Shown piece by piece: positions 10,573 through 21,245 of a stretch of 64,000 nucleotides of DNA (position 1 is its first letter; each line of letters starts with the position of its first letter). The notes beneath the pieces are model-generated. The model was given only the letters and a program-made list of their open reading frames with translations. It searched no databases and was not told the origin of the DNA. Made by a program: the position numbers and the translations under genes. The DNA lies in the sequence record SRR31156797_381; one strand, 5' to 3'.

Positions 10573-11251
10573 TCTTTTTCTCTTTTTTCTTATTATTTTT
10601 CTTTTTCTCTTTTTGTTTCAGCTTTTCCTGCTTTTTTCTTTCTCTTATTATAGTTTGAGCTTTGTTGATAATTACGCTGTTTGCAATCTCATTATATCCG
10701 CCTTCTGGGATTATAACATCAACGTACCTTTTGCTAGGCTCGATAAATTCGTGATACATTGGCTTTACAGTACTAGTGTATTGGTTAATCACAGAATCAA
10801 GGCTTCTGCCTCTTTCCTCAACATCCCTTAGAATTCGGCGAATGAGGCAAATATCCATATCTGTATCTACGAAAACCTTTAAATCCAACAGTTCTCTTAG
10901 CTTTGGTTCCGTATAAATCAGTATTCCTTCAACTAGTATAACATTCTCGGGAGAAACCTTCTTAGTTGTATCTTTTCTGTTATGAATAGTAAAATCATAT
11001 TCCGGAACATCTACAGTCTCACCTCTTTTTAGAGCCTTTAGATGCTTAATCAGCAAATCCGTATCCAATGAATCGGGATGGTCATAATTGATAGCACACC
11101 TCTCTTCGTATGTCATATCATTATGTCTTTTATAATATGAATCATGCTTTAATAAAACAGCGTGCTTATTTAATGGTGTATATATCCTCTGGGCTATTGT
11201 AGTTTTACCTGAGCCAGAAGGACCTGCTATACCAATTATAATATCTACCAT
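10562..11251 (-). CDS. udk: Uridine kinase
   Basis: GIAGPSGSGKTT, NYDHPDSLD, RRILRDVEERGR, FIEPSKRY. Confidence 0.95.
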   Translation of the reverse strand: MVDIIIGIAGPSGSGKTTIAQRIYTPLNKHAVLLKHDSYYKRHNDMTYEERCAINYDHPDSLDTDLLIKHLKALKRGETVDVPEYDFTIHNRKDTTKKVSPENVILVEGILIYTEPKLRELLDLKVFVDTDMDICLIRRILRDVEERGRSLDSVINQYTSTVKPMYHEFIEPSKRYVDVIIPEGGYNEIANSVIINKAQTIIRERKKQEKLKQKEKKKNNKKKEKKNDE

Positions 11252-11365
11252 TTCATATCCTCTCATTTATTTGTCTATAAATATTTTATCAAACATTATT
11301 TTTTTATGCAAATGTGATTTACTACAAATTTATTATTAAAACTTATTTACTTGTATTAAAATTAT

Positions 11366-11644
11366 ATGTATAATAAAAAAATGGAAAGGACAACTTTAAT
11401 AATTTTAATTCTGATAGCTGTCAATACTATAACATTTCTAGCATTTGCAGTAGATAAAGCAAATGCGAAAAAAGGAAATTGGCGAATACCCGACAATGTA
11501 TTGTTATTCTGGTCAATCTTTGCCCCATGGGGCAGTTGTATTGGTATGAAGGTAATGAATCACAAGACTAAACATAACAAATTCACATTACTAGTTCCAT
11601 CATTTATGATGCTTCATATTGTGTTATTAATTGCTATAATATAA
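11366..11644 (+). CDS. DUF1294 family membrane protein
   Basis: DKxxAKKGxWRIP...HKTKHxKF. Confidence 0.85.
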   Translation: MYNKKMERTTLIILILIAVNTITFLAFAVDKANAKKGNWRIPDNVLLFWSIFAPWGSCIGMKVMNHKTKHNKFTLLVPSFMMLHIVLLIAII

Positions 11645-11725
11645 TAACCAAAAGCGATTAACTGTAAAAATAAACACCTCTGAAGGTAAAAATCAGAAGT
11701 GTTAAAAGAATCGAATTATATTATT

Positions 11726-12679
11726 TTATCGCTTGCCTGCATCATATGGAATACCCGCTGCCTTTGGAGCTTGTGAATTCTTTGATGATACTGCCAATAC
11801 AATAAGTGTTGCAATATATGGTATCATCTTATATATACCGCTTGCAATACCCAGCTTCTCCAGCCATGGTATACCAGAATATGCAGCAGAAATAGTTCCC
11901 ATAAACCCAAAGAAGAATGCAGCAAAGAGTATCCTCTTCGGTTTCCATTGTCCGAATATTAATACTGCCAGTGCCAAGAAGCCATAGCCAGAAACCGTAG
12001 CAGCAAATTCTGTGGATATTGGAACGATAAATATCAGTCCTCCAAGACCAGCTAATGCACCAGAGAGCAATACACCTGCATATCTCATCTTGTACACGTT
12101 TATACCAACCGAATCAGCAGCCTGCGGATGCTCACCACACGCTCTAAGTCTAAGACCGAATTTAGTTTTGTATAATAAGAATGCTGCACCTATAAGGATT
12201 GCAATTCCTATATATGAAGTAATATATACATTTTGGAAGAACATAGGTCCAATTAGAGGAATCTTACCAAGTACCGGTACTGATTCAATTCTGAAAGTAT
12301 TATCAAACCCAATATTCTTTACGCCCTGTATCTGTCTAGCTGTGAATATTGCAAAAGCAGGAGCAAACATATTGAGTGCTGTTCCTGATATGACCTGATC
12401 AGCTTTCATATTGATTGAAGCATATGCATGAAATAGTGAGTAGACAACCCCTGTTGCAATAGCAACCAGAATAGCCAGTATAAGCAGCCACTGCCCTGAC
12501 ATATAATCATCCATAATATTTATAAAGAAAATAGATACAAAACCACCCATTATCATAATGCCCTCAAGTGCAATGTTTACTACACCGCTTCGCTCAGAGA
12601 ACATACCACCCAAAGCTACAACCAGCAAAGGGATTGAAAAGAACATTGTCTGCTGTACTAAAAAATATAAACTACTCAT
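11726..12679 (-). CDS. Nucleoside/sugar (CUT2) ABC transporter permease
   Basis: SERSGVVNIALEG, GLRLRACGEHP. Confidence 0.9.
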   Translation of the reverse strand: MSSLYFLVQQTMFFSIPLLVVALGGMFSERSGVVNIALEGIMIMGGFVSIFFINIMDDYMSGQWLLILAILVAIATGVVYSLFHAYASINMKADQVISGTALNMFAPAFAIFTARQIQGVKNIGFDNTFRIESVPVLGKIPLIGPMFFQNVYITSYIGIAILIGAAFLLYKTKFGLRLRACGEHPQAADSVGINVYKMRYAGVLLSGALAGLGGLIFIVPISTEFAATVSGYGFLALAVLIFGQWKPKRILFAAFFFGFMGTISAAYSGIPWLEKLGIASGIYKMIPYIATLIVLAVSSKNSQAPKAAGIPYDAGKR

Positions 12680-13802
12680 CTGCGTCTCCTCCCTCACTTA
12701 TTGTCTTTGAACTCTCTCTTAACTTTTTCCTCTTTTTCTTATTCCATTTCTGAATTAAATTCTTGATTATCAATGCAAATGCACTAAAATAAATGATTAC
12801 AGCAATTATTATATCGATAATTTCAGGAGCGAAATTATATAGCTGCATATAGAAGCCGCCCATTGTAATATACCCAATAAACAAAGCAGCGAAGAAAATT
12901 CCGATAGGATTAGATAACCCTAAAAGTGCCACTGGAATACCCATAAAACCTTCATCAGCCAGTATATCAATTACACGAATATATTTTCCTGAACCTGCTA
13001 AGTAGATAAGAGCACCTGCGCATCCTGCCAATGCACCAGCTATAGCCATTGATAATACAATATTTTTCTTTGAATTAATACCAGCATAGTCAGCAGCGTT
13101 TGGATTGTAACCACACGCTGTAAGTTCGTATCCAAATACTGTCTTATTCAGCACTATGTACACTATTATTACCATTAATATTCCTATGAAGAATCCTGAA
13201 TTAGCAGAAGATCCAACAAATATCCTATCAAGTCCTAATTTTGGCAGTACTGCTGTGCTTAGTACAGGCATAGATTGATTTTTTAGCTTATTATATACTG
13301 TTCCGACAACAAGCATGTTTACCAAGTACATTCCAATGTAATTCATCATTATACATGCTATAACTTCGTGAACATTAAAGAATGCTTTCAGCAGTCCAGG
13401 TATACTTGCCCAGACAGCACCTGCTAATATAGCTGCCAGCAATGCTACAAGCCAATGTGCTCCTCCCAGAACTGGCATCTTTACACCAATTAAAACAGCA
13501 ACATATGCACCTATCATCAACTGACCTGATGCACCGATATTAAATAGTCCTGTTTTAAATGCAAAGCCTACTGATAGACCAGTTAATATAAGCGGTGTTG
13601 CAACATACAACACATCGCCAAGTCCTGACATGCCGCCCGTTGAGCCGCCTGCAATAATCGTAATAAATCCGCCTATAGCCTGAGAAGGATTAGCAATAAT
13701 CAGTATAATCAGACCGAACACCAATCCAACAATTACAGCAGCAACAGATGACATTGAGCTGGAGAAGCCTTGGGTTTTTATAATCTCTTTTATCTTTTTC
13801 AT
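12672..13802 (-). CDS. Nucleoside/sugar (CUT2) ABC transporter permease
   Basis: GLFNIGASGQ, HEVIACIMMNY, GYNPNAADYAGI. Confidence 0.9.
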   Translation of the reverse strand: MKKIKEIIKTQGFSSSMSSVAAVIVGLVFGLIILIIANPSQAIGGFITIIAGGSTGGMSGLGDVLYVATPLILTGLSVGFAFKTGLFNIGASGQLMIGAYVAVLIGVKMPVLGGAHWLVALLAAILAGAVWASIPGLLKAFFNVHEVIACIMMNYIGMYLVNMLVVGTVYNKLKNQSMPVLSTAVLPKLGLDRIFVGSSANSGFFIGILMVIIVYIVLNKTVFGYELTACGYNPNAADYAGINSKKNIVLSMAIAGALAGCAGALIYLAGSGKYIRVIDILADEGFMGIPVALLGLSNPIGIFFAALFIGYITMGGFYMQLYNFAPEIIDIIIAVIIYFSAFALIIKNLIQKWNKKKRKKLRESSKTISEGGDADE

Positions 13803-15328
13803 GAAGCACTCTCCTCTTTCTTTGCCCCAGCCATATACAGCCCCAATTCCTGTACTGTAGTCTCGTTTGGATTAAGGTCAGCTACTATCTCCCCGTCGTG
13901 AATTACTAATATCCTGTCACTGACATTCATTACTTCATCAAGCTCAAGAGATACCAGCAAAACAGCTTTGTTGTTGTCACGCTGCTCAATAAGCTGACTA
14001 TGAATATATTCAATAGCACCCACATCCAAGCCTCTGGTAGGCTGAACCGCAATCAATAGGTCTGGATTCCTGTCAATTTCACGGGCAACAATAGCCTTTT
14101 GCTGATTACCACCAGACATACTTCTGGTAATAGTATCTCCGCCCTGTCCGCATCGCACATCAAATTTCTCAATAAGTCTATTGGAATATCTTTTTATCTC
14201 ATTAAAGTTTAGGAATCCATGTTTTTGAAATTGACTTGTATAGTATTTCTGCAGCACTAAATTCTTTGCCAGTGAATAATCAAGAATCAGACCGTGCTTA
14301 TGCCTGTCCTCAGGTATATGAGACATACTGTGTTCATTCCTGTTTCTGACCGAATAGTGAGTGACATCTTCACCACTTAATTTGATAGTTCCGCTTGTAA
14401 CAGGTTCTAAACCTGTCAATGCATAAACTAAATCAGACTGACCATTGCCGTCAATACCTGCAAGGCAGACTATTTCTCCCCGACGAACATTGAAGGATAC
14501 ATTATTTACTACATTTTTATGGGATAATTTTGATTCAACACTGAGGTTATTTACTTCCAGCACTACATCACTTAGTTTAGCTTCATCTTTTTCGACAACA
14601 AGCGATATCTTCCTGCCTACCATCAGTTCTGATAAGTGCTCTTTTGTTACACTCGCTACATCAACAGTATCTATGTATTTACCCTTTCTAAGGACAGTAC
14701 ATCTATCTGCAACTCTTTTTATTTCGTCCAGCTTATGGGTAATAAACAGAATTGACTTGCCTTCCTTTACAAGTCCTTTCATAATGCCCATTAATTCGGT
14801 TATTTCCTGAGGAGTAAGCATTGCAGTAGGTTCGTCAAATATCAATATCTCATTATCACGATAGAGCATCTTTAGTATTTCAACTCTTTGCTGCATACCT
14901 ACGGTAATATCTGAAATCAATGCCTCTGTATCAATAGAGAGCTTGTACTTTTCGGATAACTTTTTCACCTTGGATCTAGCTTCATTCATCTGAAGTCTGC
15001 CGTTTTTTGTATCCTCGGCTCCCAGTATAATATTTTCTAAAACCGTGAAGTTATGAACCAGTTTGAAGTGCTGATGCACCATTCCTATACCATGATTATT
15101 TGCATCATTAGGATTAGAAATTACGATTTCCTTATTATCCTTTTTTATAGTACCTTTCTCGGGTTTATACAAACCAAAGAGTATACTCATTAGTGTAGAC
15201 TTGCCTGCTCCGTTCTCCCCAAGCAAAGCATGAATTTCTCCTCGTTTCAGCCTGAGGGTTACATTATCATTTGCCAGAATACCCGGAAATTCTTTCGTAA
15301 TTCCCAGCATCTCAATTACATAGTCCAA
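13799..15328 (-). CDS. Nucleoside ABC transporter ATP-binding protein (two NBDs)
   Basis: GENGAGKST, MVHQHF, SGGNQQK, QPTRGLDVG. Confidence 0.92.
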   Translation of the reverse strand: MDYVIEMLGITKEFPGILANDNVTLRLKRGEIHALLGENGAGKSTLMSILFGLYKPEKGTIKKDNKEIVISNPNDANNHGIGMVHQHFKLVHNFTVLENIILGAEDTKNGRLQMNEARSKVKKLSEKYKLSIDTEALISDITVGMQQRVEILKMLYRDNEILIFDEPTAMLTPQEITELMGIMKGLVKEGKSILFITHKLDEIKRVADRCTVLRKGKYIDTVDVASVTKEHLSELMVGRKISLVVEKDEAKLSDVVLEVNNLSVESKLSHKNVVNNVSFNVRRGEIVCLAGIDGNGQSDLVYALTGLEPVTSGTIKLSGEDVTHYSVRNRNEHSMSHIPEDRHKHGLILDYSLAKNLVLQKYYTSQFQKHGFLNFNEIKRYSNRLIEKFDVRCGQGGDTITRSMSGGNQQKAIVAREIDRNPDLLIAVQPTRGLDVGAIEYIHSQLIEQRDNNKAVLLVSLELDEVMNVSDRILVIHDGEIVADLNPNETTVQELGLYMAGAKKEESAS

Positions 15329-15420
15329 AACTAACCTCCATCTTTAATACATTCGCATATTATATTTGTAACCTTAATAATACCATATTTACTAGAATAA
15401 ACAAAGCTAAACTACGTAAA

Positions 15421-15458
15421 AAATCCAACACTCAATTTAACATTTTTGTGTTGGATTT
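15421..15458 (-). terminator. Terminator downstream of pnp
   Basis: AAATCCAACAC...GTGTTGGATTT inverted repeat. Confidence 0.65.
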
Positions 15459-15490
15459 TATTTAATAATTAATTTAATTCCAGAAAAATA

Positions 15491-17599
15491 CTACTGCATA
15501 TCTTTAAGCATTTCTTTTTCCTGTTCGATTAGTTCCTTACGAGATAAATCGATTCTATTGTTATTGTCAATCTTAATAACCTTAACCAAAATCTTATCAC
15601 CGATCTTTACCTCATCCTCAACCTTTTCCACTCTGTGGTTAGCTAATTTTGAGATATGGCACAATCCATCTTTGCCAGGCAATAGCTCGACAAACGCACC
15701 AAAGTTCATAATCTTAACAACTGTTCCTAGATATACTTCGCCAACTTCAACTTCCTTGACAATTGCTTCAATCATGCTGCGAGCCTTATCCATAGCTTCC
15801 TGATTAGCTGTTGCTATATAGATAGTGCCGTCTTCTTCAATATCAATCTTTACACCTGTTTCGGCAATGATATTATTAATAACCTTACCGCCGGCACCAA
15901 TAACATCACGTATTTTGTCAGGATTAATAGTAAAGGAAATAATCTTTGGAGCATATTTTGACAACTGTTCATTTGGCTCATCAATTGTTTCCACCATTTT
16001 ATCCAGAATAAATAGTCTGCCTATTCTTGCCTGTTCCAATGCTCTTTCAAGTACTGGTTTGTTAATACCCTTAATCTTGATATCCATCTGGATAGCAGTG
16101 ATGCCGTCCTTTGTACCTGCAACCTTGAAGTCCATATCACCTAGGAAATCCTCAAGTCCCTGAATATCAGTCAAAACTGCTACATTATCAGATTCAGCAT
16201 CCTTAATAAGTCCCATAGCTACACCAGCAACAGGTGCTTTAATAGGAACACCCGCATCCATCAAAGACAATGTTGAACCACAGACAGATGCCTGAGATGT
16301 AGAACCATTAGATGATAATACCTCTGATACCACCCTGATTGTATATGGGAAATCAGCTTCATTAGGAATTACTGGCAATAGTGCTCTCTCTGCAAGTGCG
16401 CCATGACCAATTTCTCTTCTTCCTGGGCTTCTTAATGGCTTTGGTTCGCCAACAGAGAATCCTGGGAAGTTGTAATGATGAATATAGCGCTTTGTTTCAT
16501 CAGTCGTTATTCCGTCCAGCTTCTGTACTTCGCTCATTGAGCCAAGAGTTGCAACAGATAAAACCTGCGTCTCACCACGTGTAAATATACCTGTTCCATG
16601 TGTTCTAGGCAGTACTCCTGTCTCACACCAGATTGGTCTGATTTCTTCTGTAGTTCTTCCGTCTGGACGAACTCCTTCTAATATCTTACTACGAACGATT
16701 TCCTTTGTAATGCCGTAGATTATATCACCTGCATCTGAAATGGTTTCAGGGAATCTTTCTTCCAAAGCAGTCTTTATCTTCTCATCACAAGCTTGCTGCT
16801 TTTCACGTCTCTCGCCTCTGTCAAATGGCTCTAGAGCTGCTCTGATATCTTCATAGAATTCGCTTCTAATAGCTTCTTCTAATTTTTCATCAGGTTTTGC
16901 AATCATTGGCTCAAGTTTTTCTTTGCCAACTTCTGCTTGGATTCCCTCTATAAATGCAACAACCTTTTTGATTTCTTCATGTGCCAGTAAGATTGCATCC
17001 AGCATTTCTTTCTCTGTTACACCACCAGCACCAGCCTCAACCATCATAACCGCATCTTTAGTACCTGCAACGGTTAAATCCATTATTGATTTTTCTCTTT
17101 GCTCTAGGTTTGGATTTATAATATATTCACCGTCTATCATAGCCACATTAACAGCACCTGTAGGTCCTGCAAATGGAATATCTGAAATACTTAATACAAC
17201 GGATGAACCAATCATAGCCAATATTTCTGGTGAATAGTCCTGTTCAACACTCATAACAGTAGCAATTACCTGAACATCATTTCTGAATCCTTTAGGAAAT
17301 AGTGGTCTTAATGGTCTGTCTATTAGTCTTGATGTCAATATTGCATGCTCTGGCGGACGGCTCTCTCTCTTGATAAAGCCTCCTGGTATCTTGCCTACTG
17401 AATACATTTTTGGTTCGTAGTCAACGCTTAGCGGGAAAAAATCCACTCCGTCTCTTGGTTGGTCGCCCATTGTTGTCACTACAAATACAACAGTCTCGCC
17501 ATTAGAAATCATACATGATGCATTGGCTTGTCCTGCTAAGTTGCCGGTCTCAACTTTGATAGTCTGTCCAGCTAACTCCATCTCAAATGTTCTCTTCAT
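15491..17599 (-). CDS. pnp: Polyribonucleotide nucleotidyltransferase (PNPase)
   Basis: [35 protein letters not shown] and S1 domains. Confidence 0.98.
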   Translation of the reverse strand: MKRTFEMELAGQTIKVETGNLAGQANASCMISNGETVVFVVTTMGDQPRDGVDFFPLSVDYEPKMYSVGKIPGGFIKRESRPPEHAILTSRLIDRPLRPLFPKGFRNDVQVIATVMSVEQDYSPEILAMIGSSVVLSISDIPFAGPTGAVNVAMIDGEYIINPNLEQREKSIMDLTVAGTKDAVMMVEAGAGGVTEKEMLDAILLAHEEIKKVVAFIEGIQAEVGKEKLEPMIAKPDEKLEEAIRSEFYEDIRAALEPFDRGERREKQQACDEKIKTALEERFPETISDAGDIIYGITKEIVRSKILEGVRPDGRTTEEIRPIWCETGVLPRTHGTGIFTRGETQVLSVATLGSMSEVQKLDGITTDETKRYIHHYNFPGFSVGEPKPLRSPGRREIGHGALAERALLPVIPNEADFPYTIRVVSEVLSSNGSTSQASVCGSTLSLMDAGVPIKAPVAGVAMGLIKDAESDNVAVLTDIQGLEDFLGDMDFKVAGTKDGITAIQMDIKIKGINKPVLERALEQARIGRLFILDKMVETIDEPNEQLSKYAPKIISFTINPDKIRDVIGAGGKVINNIIAETGVKIDIEEDGTIYIATANQEAMDKARSMIEAIVKEVEVGEVYLGTVVKIMNFGAFVELLPGKDGLCHISKLANHRVEKVEDEVKIGDKILVKVIKIDNNNRIDLSRKELIEQEKEMLKDMQ

Positions 17600-17908
17600 T
17601 TGATGTGCTCCCTTCGTTTTATATCATTTTTATTTATTATTACCAAATCTTCAGTTTATCTGCCTTGTATTTTTTTGCAGATATTTTTACTGCATTATTA
17701 TGCTTTACACAAATGATTGCATTGTTATAAGCATATATTTTTATCTAATTATTATAATACAGATACTAGTTTTTTTCATATTTTGCTTACGTAATCGTGC
17801 TACGTACAAAAACAGTCGTAAAACTGATTGTTTAAGTACACTGTATAGGTTTAATCCGCAAATGATCTAATGCTAAAGCATTAAAATATTTGCTTAATAA
17901 TAAACAAC

Positions 17909-17929
17909 GAAGCGGGAACATCCCGCTTC
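17909..17929 (-). terminator. Hairpin/terminator after rpsO
   Basis: GAAGCGGGA-TGT-TCCCGCTTC followed by GTTGTTT on the minus strand. Confidence 0.7.
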
Positions 17930-17943
17930 TAAAAGTAGAACTA

Positions 17944-18207
17944 TTATTTTCTCAAGTTCAATCTTTGGATAATGCTACGATAGCGTTCGATATCCTTTTC
18001 CTTTAGATATGTCAATAGTCCACGACGCTGACCAACCATCTTCAGCAGACCACGTCTTGAGTGGTGATCCTTTTTGTGAGTTGTAAGATGTTCGTTCAGA
18101 TGGTTAATTCTGTGTGTCAGCAATGCAACCTGTACTTCTGGAGAGCCTGTGTCTCCGTCACATGTTTTGTACTCATTAATAATGTCTAGTTTAGTTTGTT
18201 TATCCAA
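17944..18207 (-). CDS. rpsO: 30S ribosomal protein S15 (TTG start)
   Basis: [28 protein letters not shown]. Confidence 0.98.
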   Translation of the reverse strand: MDKQTKLDIINEYKTCDGDTGSPEVQVALLTHRINHLNEHLTTHKKDHHSRRGLLKMVGQRRGLLTYLKEKDIERYRSIIQRLNLRK

Positions 18208-18290
18208 AACTAATACCTCCTATTTAATCGCCTAAACAGCACAGTATTCAGTCGGTTAATCTGAAAACCGTGCCAAGGTTCAATATTCAT
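18208..18290 (-). promoter_or_regulatory. Structured rpsO 5' leader (probable S15 autoregulatory element)
   Basis: Stem GCACGGTTTTCAG/CTGAATACTGTGC (18239-18273) between the promoter (TTTACA-17-TATTAT) and the AGGAGG RBS. Confidence 0.6.
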
Positions 18291-18531
18291 AACAAGTATA
18301 ATAACATAAACCAGGCACTATGTAAATATATAGGGAGTAAATTCCTTGTAATAATATCCACTTATTACAATCCTGCAGAGTTCTGATAAGCTATATTCAG
18401 ATATTCTCCATAAATTTACCTGATGCATAACTCTCTGTCATTAACCATATAATACTTTTTGTATTGTAAATACCTATGGCATTTTTTCTATTTCCCTTGT
18501 TATTATGCTTGAATCTAAGCCCTTTTAGGAT

Positions 18532-20679
18532 TTAATCCTTATCCTTTGGTTCCACCAGCTCGAAATCAATATTACTTTCTACAATGTCTGCTCTGATGCA
18601 TCTTACATTTACAGCATCACCTAACCTGTACTGTTTTCTTATACGTTCGCCCATGAGCATATACTGCTTGTCATAATATACATAGAAATCATCTGTCAGT
18701 TTGCTGACATGAACCAATCCCTCTATAGTATTAGTTAATTCAACATAGAAGCCATATTCCTTAACTCCTGATATAATGCCCTCATACTCTTCGCCAATGT
18801 GATAGGACATATATTCAGTCATTTTCAAATCATCTACTTTTCTCTCAGCTTCCATAGCAGTTCTTTCCATTTCGGAGCAATGTGTAGCAATATCCTCCAC
18901 CTGTATATGCATTGCTTCCAATTGAGCTTTGTTATTCTTCATGCTGGCTCTCAAAGCTCTATGTACTATTAAGTCCGGATATCTTCTGATAGGTGAAGTA
19001 AAGTGACAATAGAATTCACTAGCCAATCCAAAGTGTCCCATATTGATAGGTGAATATCTTGCTTTCTGCAATGTCCTTAAGAGTATTCTGTGTATTACAT
19101 CCTCTTCACGATTGCCGCTTACATTGTCTAACAACATCTGCAAATCTTTTGGAGTCACCTTCCTAGGATCTGCACTAACTCTATATCCTATGTTACCAGC
19201 AAATTCCAAGAATTCTTTCATCTTCAATTCATCAGGGTCTTCGTGTACACGGAACAATCCCGGAAGATTTTTATCCATCAAGTGCTTTGCTACGGTTTCA
19301 TTAGCACATAACATAAATTCCTCAATCAGCTTCTGAGAATCTCCTCTTTTTCTAGCGGAGACGGAAACAGGTACACCCATATCATCCAACCTAATATGGG
19401 GTTCATCAATATCCAGCTCCAGCGAACCTCTTTGTATTCGTTTTCCGTTGAGAATCTTTGCCAGTTTATTCATCTGGTTCAATTCTTTTATGAAGTCCTT
19501 ATACTTTGTCTTTAGTTCTTCATCGCCTTCAAATATAGCGTTTACATCATCATAGGTAAATCTTGCATGAGAACGGATAACTGTTTCTTTAATGCTGTAA
19601 TCAATTACCCTGCCGTTGGCATCAACATCCATAATACAGCTCATTGTCAGCCTATCCACATTTGGGTTAAGGGAGCAAATTTCATTTGATAAACTCTCAG
19701 GCAGCATAGGAATGACCCTGTCCACTAAATATATGCTGGTAGCTCTGCGGCGAGCCGTTTTATCAATATTACTTCCGTCAACTACATAATGGGATACATC
19801 TGCTATATGTACACCCAAGCGCCATTTATTAAGTCCTATCTTCTGAATTGAAACAGCATCATCAAAGTCCTTTGAATCGCTGCCGTCTATTGTAAATGTT
19901 TTTAGTGAGCGCAAATCCAGCCTGCCCTTAATGGAATCCTCAACTGGAACTTGACTCAATGCCTTTGCTTTTCTAATTACTTTTTCTGAAAACTCATCCT
20001 CTATTTCCATTGCTTTCACAATAGATAGAATATCCACACCTACGTCCAACGCAGAGCCAATTACTTCAATTATCTTCCCTACTGGTGAACGCTTTTTTTC
20101 AGGAAATTCAACAATCTGAACAACTACCTTTTCCTTATCCTGTGCACCGTTTAAATTCTCTCTGGGAATATATATGTCCGATGTAATATTAGTCTTATCA
20201 GGAACTACGAACCCTCCAGAGGGTATTGTCTCCAAAGTACCGACGATATTGTCTGTACTTCTTTTTAATACTTTATATATTTCTCCTTCAGTTTTCCTAC
20301 CCTTTGGTGTGTTTTTTGCAATGAGCTTTGCAATTACTAAATCACCGCTCATAACCCCCTTAAGATTAGAAGGAGGAATAAACACATCCTCATGTTCTTT
20401 ATTAAGTGGTATCAGAAAACCAAAACCTTTTTGATTTCGTTGTATATTTCCTATTAAGTACCCTATTTTCTCAGGAATCGCCCACTTACCACGCTGGGTC
20501 TTCATTACCCTGCCCTCTTTTTGGAGATTCTTAAGTGCTTTTTTTATTTCTTTAAATGTAAGATTACCGCCAATAGTCATGGCAAGCTGTTTTTCATCAG
20601 GCATAGTGCCTGTCCAGTTTTCCAATGTATTAACAAGCAAATCTTCTAAATTCATTTTCTTGTTTATTTCTGTATTCAT
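18532..20679 (-). CDS. rnr: Ribonuclease R
   Basis: TIDGSDSKDFDDA, HFGLA, HFTSPIRRYPDL; C-terminal S1 domain. Confidence 0.96.
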   Translation of the reverse strand: MNTEINKKMNLEDLLVNTLENWTGTMPDEKQLAMTIGGNLTFKEIKKALKNLQKEGRVMKTQRGKWAIPEKIGYLIGNIQRNQKGFGFLIPLNKEHEDVFIPPSNLKGVMSGDLVIAKLIAKNTPKGRKTEGEIYKVLKRSTDNIVGTLETIPSGGFVVPDKTNITSDIYIPRENLNGAQDKEKVVVQIVEFPEKKRSPVGKIIEVIGSALDVGVDILSIVKAMEIEDEFSEKVIRKAKALSQVPVEDSIKGRLDLRSLKTFTIDGSDSKDFDDAVSIQKIGLNKWRLGVHIADVSHYVVDGSNIDKTARRRATSIYLVDRVIPMLPESLSNEICSLNPNVDRLTMSCIMDVDANGRVIDYSIKETVIRSHARFTYDDVNAIFEGDEELKTKYKDFIKELNQMNKLAKILNGKRIQRGSLELDIDEPHIRLDDMGVPVSVSARKRGDSQKLIEEFMLCANETVAKHLMDKNLPGLFRVHEDPDELKMKEFLEFAGNIGYRVSADPRKVTPKDLQMLLDNVSGNREEDVIHRILLRTLQKARYSPINMGHFGLASEFYCHFTSPIRRYPDLIVHRALRASMKNNKAQLEAMHIQVEDIATHCSEMERTAMEAERKVDDLKMTEYMSYHIGEEYEGIISGVKEYGFYVELTNTIEGLVHVSKLTDDFYVYYDKQYMLMGERIRKQYRLGDAVNVRCIRADIVESNIDFELVEPKDKD

Positions 20680-20680
20680 T

Positions 20681-21229
20681 TTATACCTTCAGCAATCTGG
20701 CGACAGCCAGTATTCCCGATACTGTTTTGCTGTCTGCTAATTCATTTCTCATTATCATTTCAACTAATTCTTTAAGAGGTATTTTTACTACCTCTACGAA
20801 CTCATCATCATCTGGGTCGGTTTCGCCTTCTGTCAAATCAGATGCATAAAAAATATGGATATTCTCAGTTGCAAAGCCTACAGATACCATGGGATTAAAG
20901 AGAAATTTCATATTTTTGGCTGTATAGCCTGTCTCCTCTTTAAGTTCTCGTACAGCACACTGAATTGCTGTGTCACCTTCATCAAATTTACCTGCAGGTA
21001 TTTCCAAAGTAATCTTATCGCAAGTTATCCTATACTGTTTTACCATGATTACGTTCATGTCTTCGTCAACTGCCACAACTGCAGCAGCTTCAGGATTGAT
21101 AACTATATCACGGTAAGCTTTCTCACCATCTGGAAGTATTACCTCATGCTGTTCTACATCAAAAATCAACCCTTGATACTTGGTCTCACTTTTTACTTTC
21201 TTTTCTAACAATTTATTATCACTCATCAT
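20681..21229 (-). CDS. nudF: NUDIX hydrolase (ADP-ribose pyrophosphatase-like)
   Basis: EIPAGK...AVRELKEETG Nudix box; DDDEFVE. Confidence 0.85.
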   Translation of the reverse strand: MMSDNKLLEKKVKSETKYQGLIFDVEQHEVILPDGEKAYRDIVINPEAAAVVAVDEDMNVIMVKQYRITCDKITLEIPAGKFDEGDTAIQCAVRELKEETGYTAKNMKFLFNPMVSVGFATENIHIFYASDLTEGETDPDDDEFVEVVKIPLKELVEMIMRNELADSKTVSGILAVARLLKV

Positions 21230-21245
21230 TAACCTACCTGTAAAT

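Noticed and set aside
2077-17877. Shared 11-mer CTAATGCTAAA downstream of rpmF and rpsO
   Set aside because: Too short in AT-rich DNA to distinguish from chance
18330-18530. Possible sRNA or 6S RNA between rnr and rpsO
   Set aside because: Only short AT-rich hairpins (e.g. TTGTAATAA/TTATTACAA); no long rod-like fold
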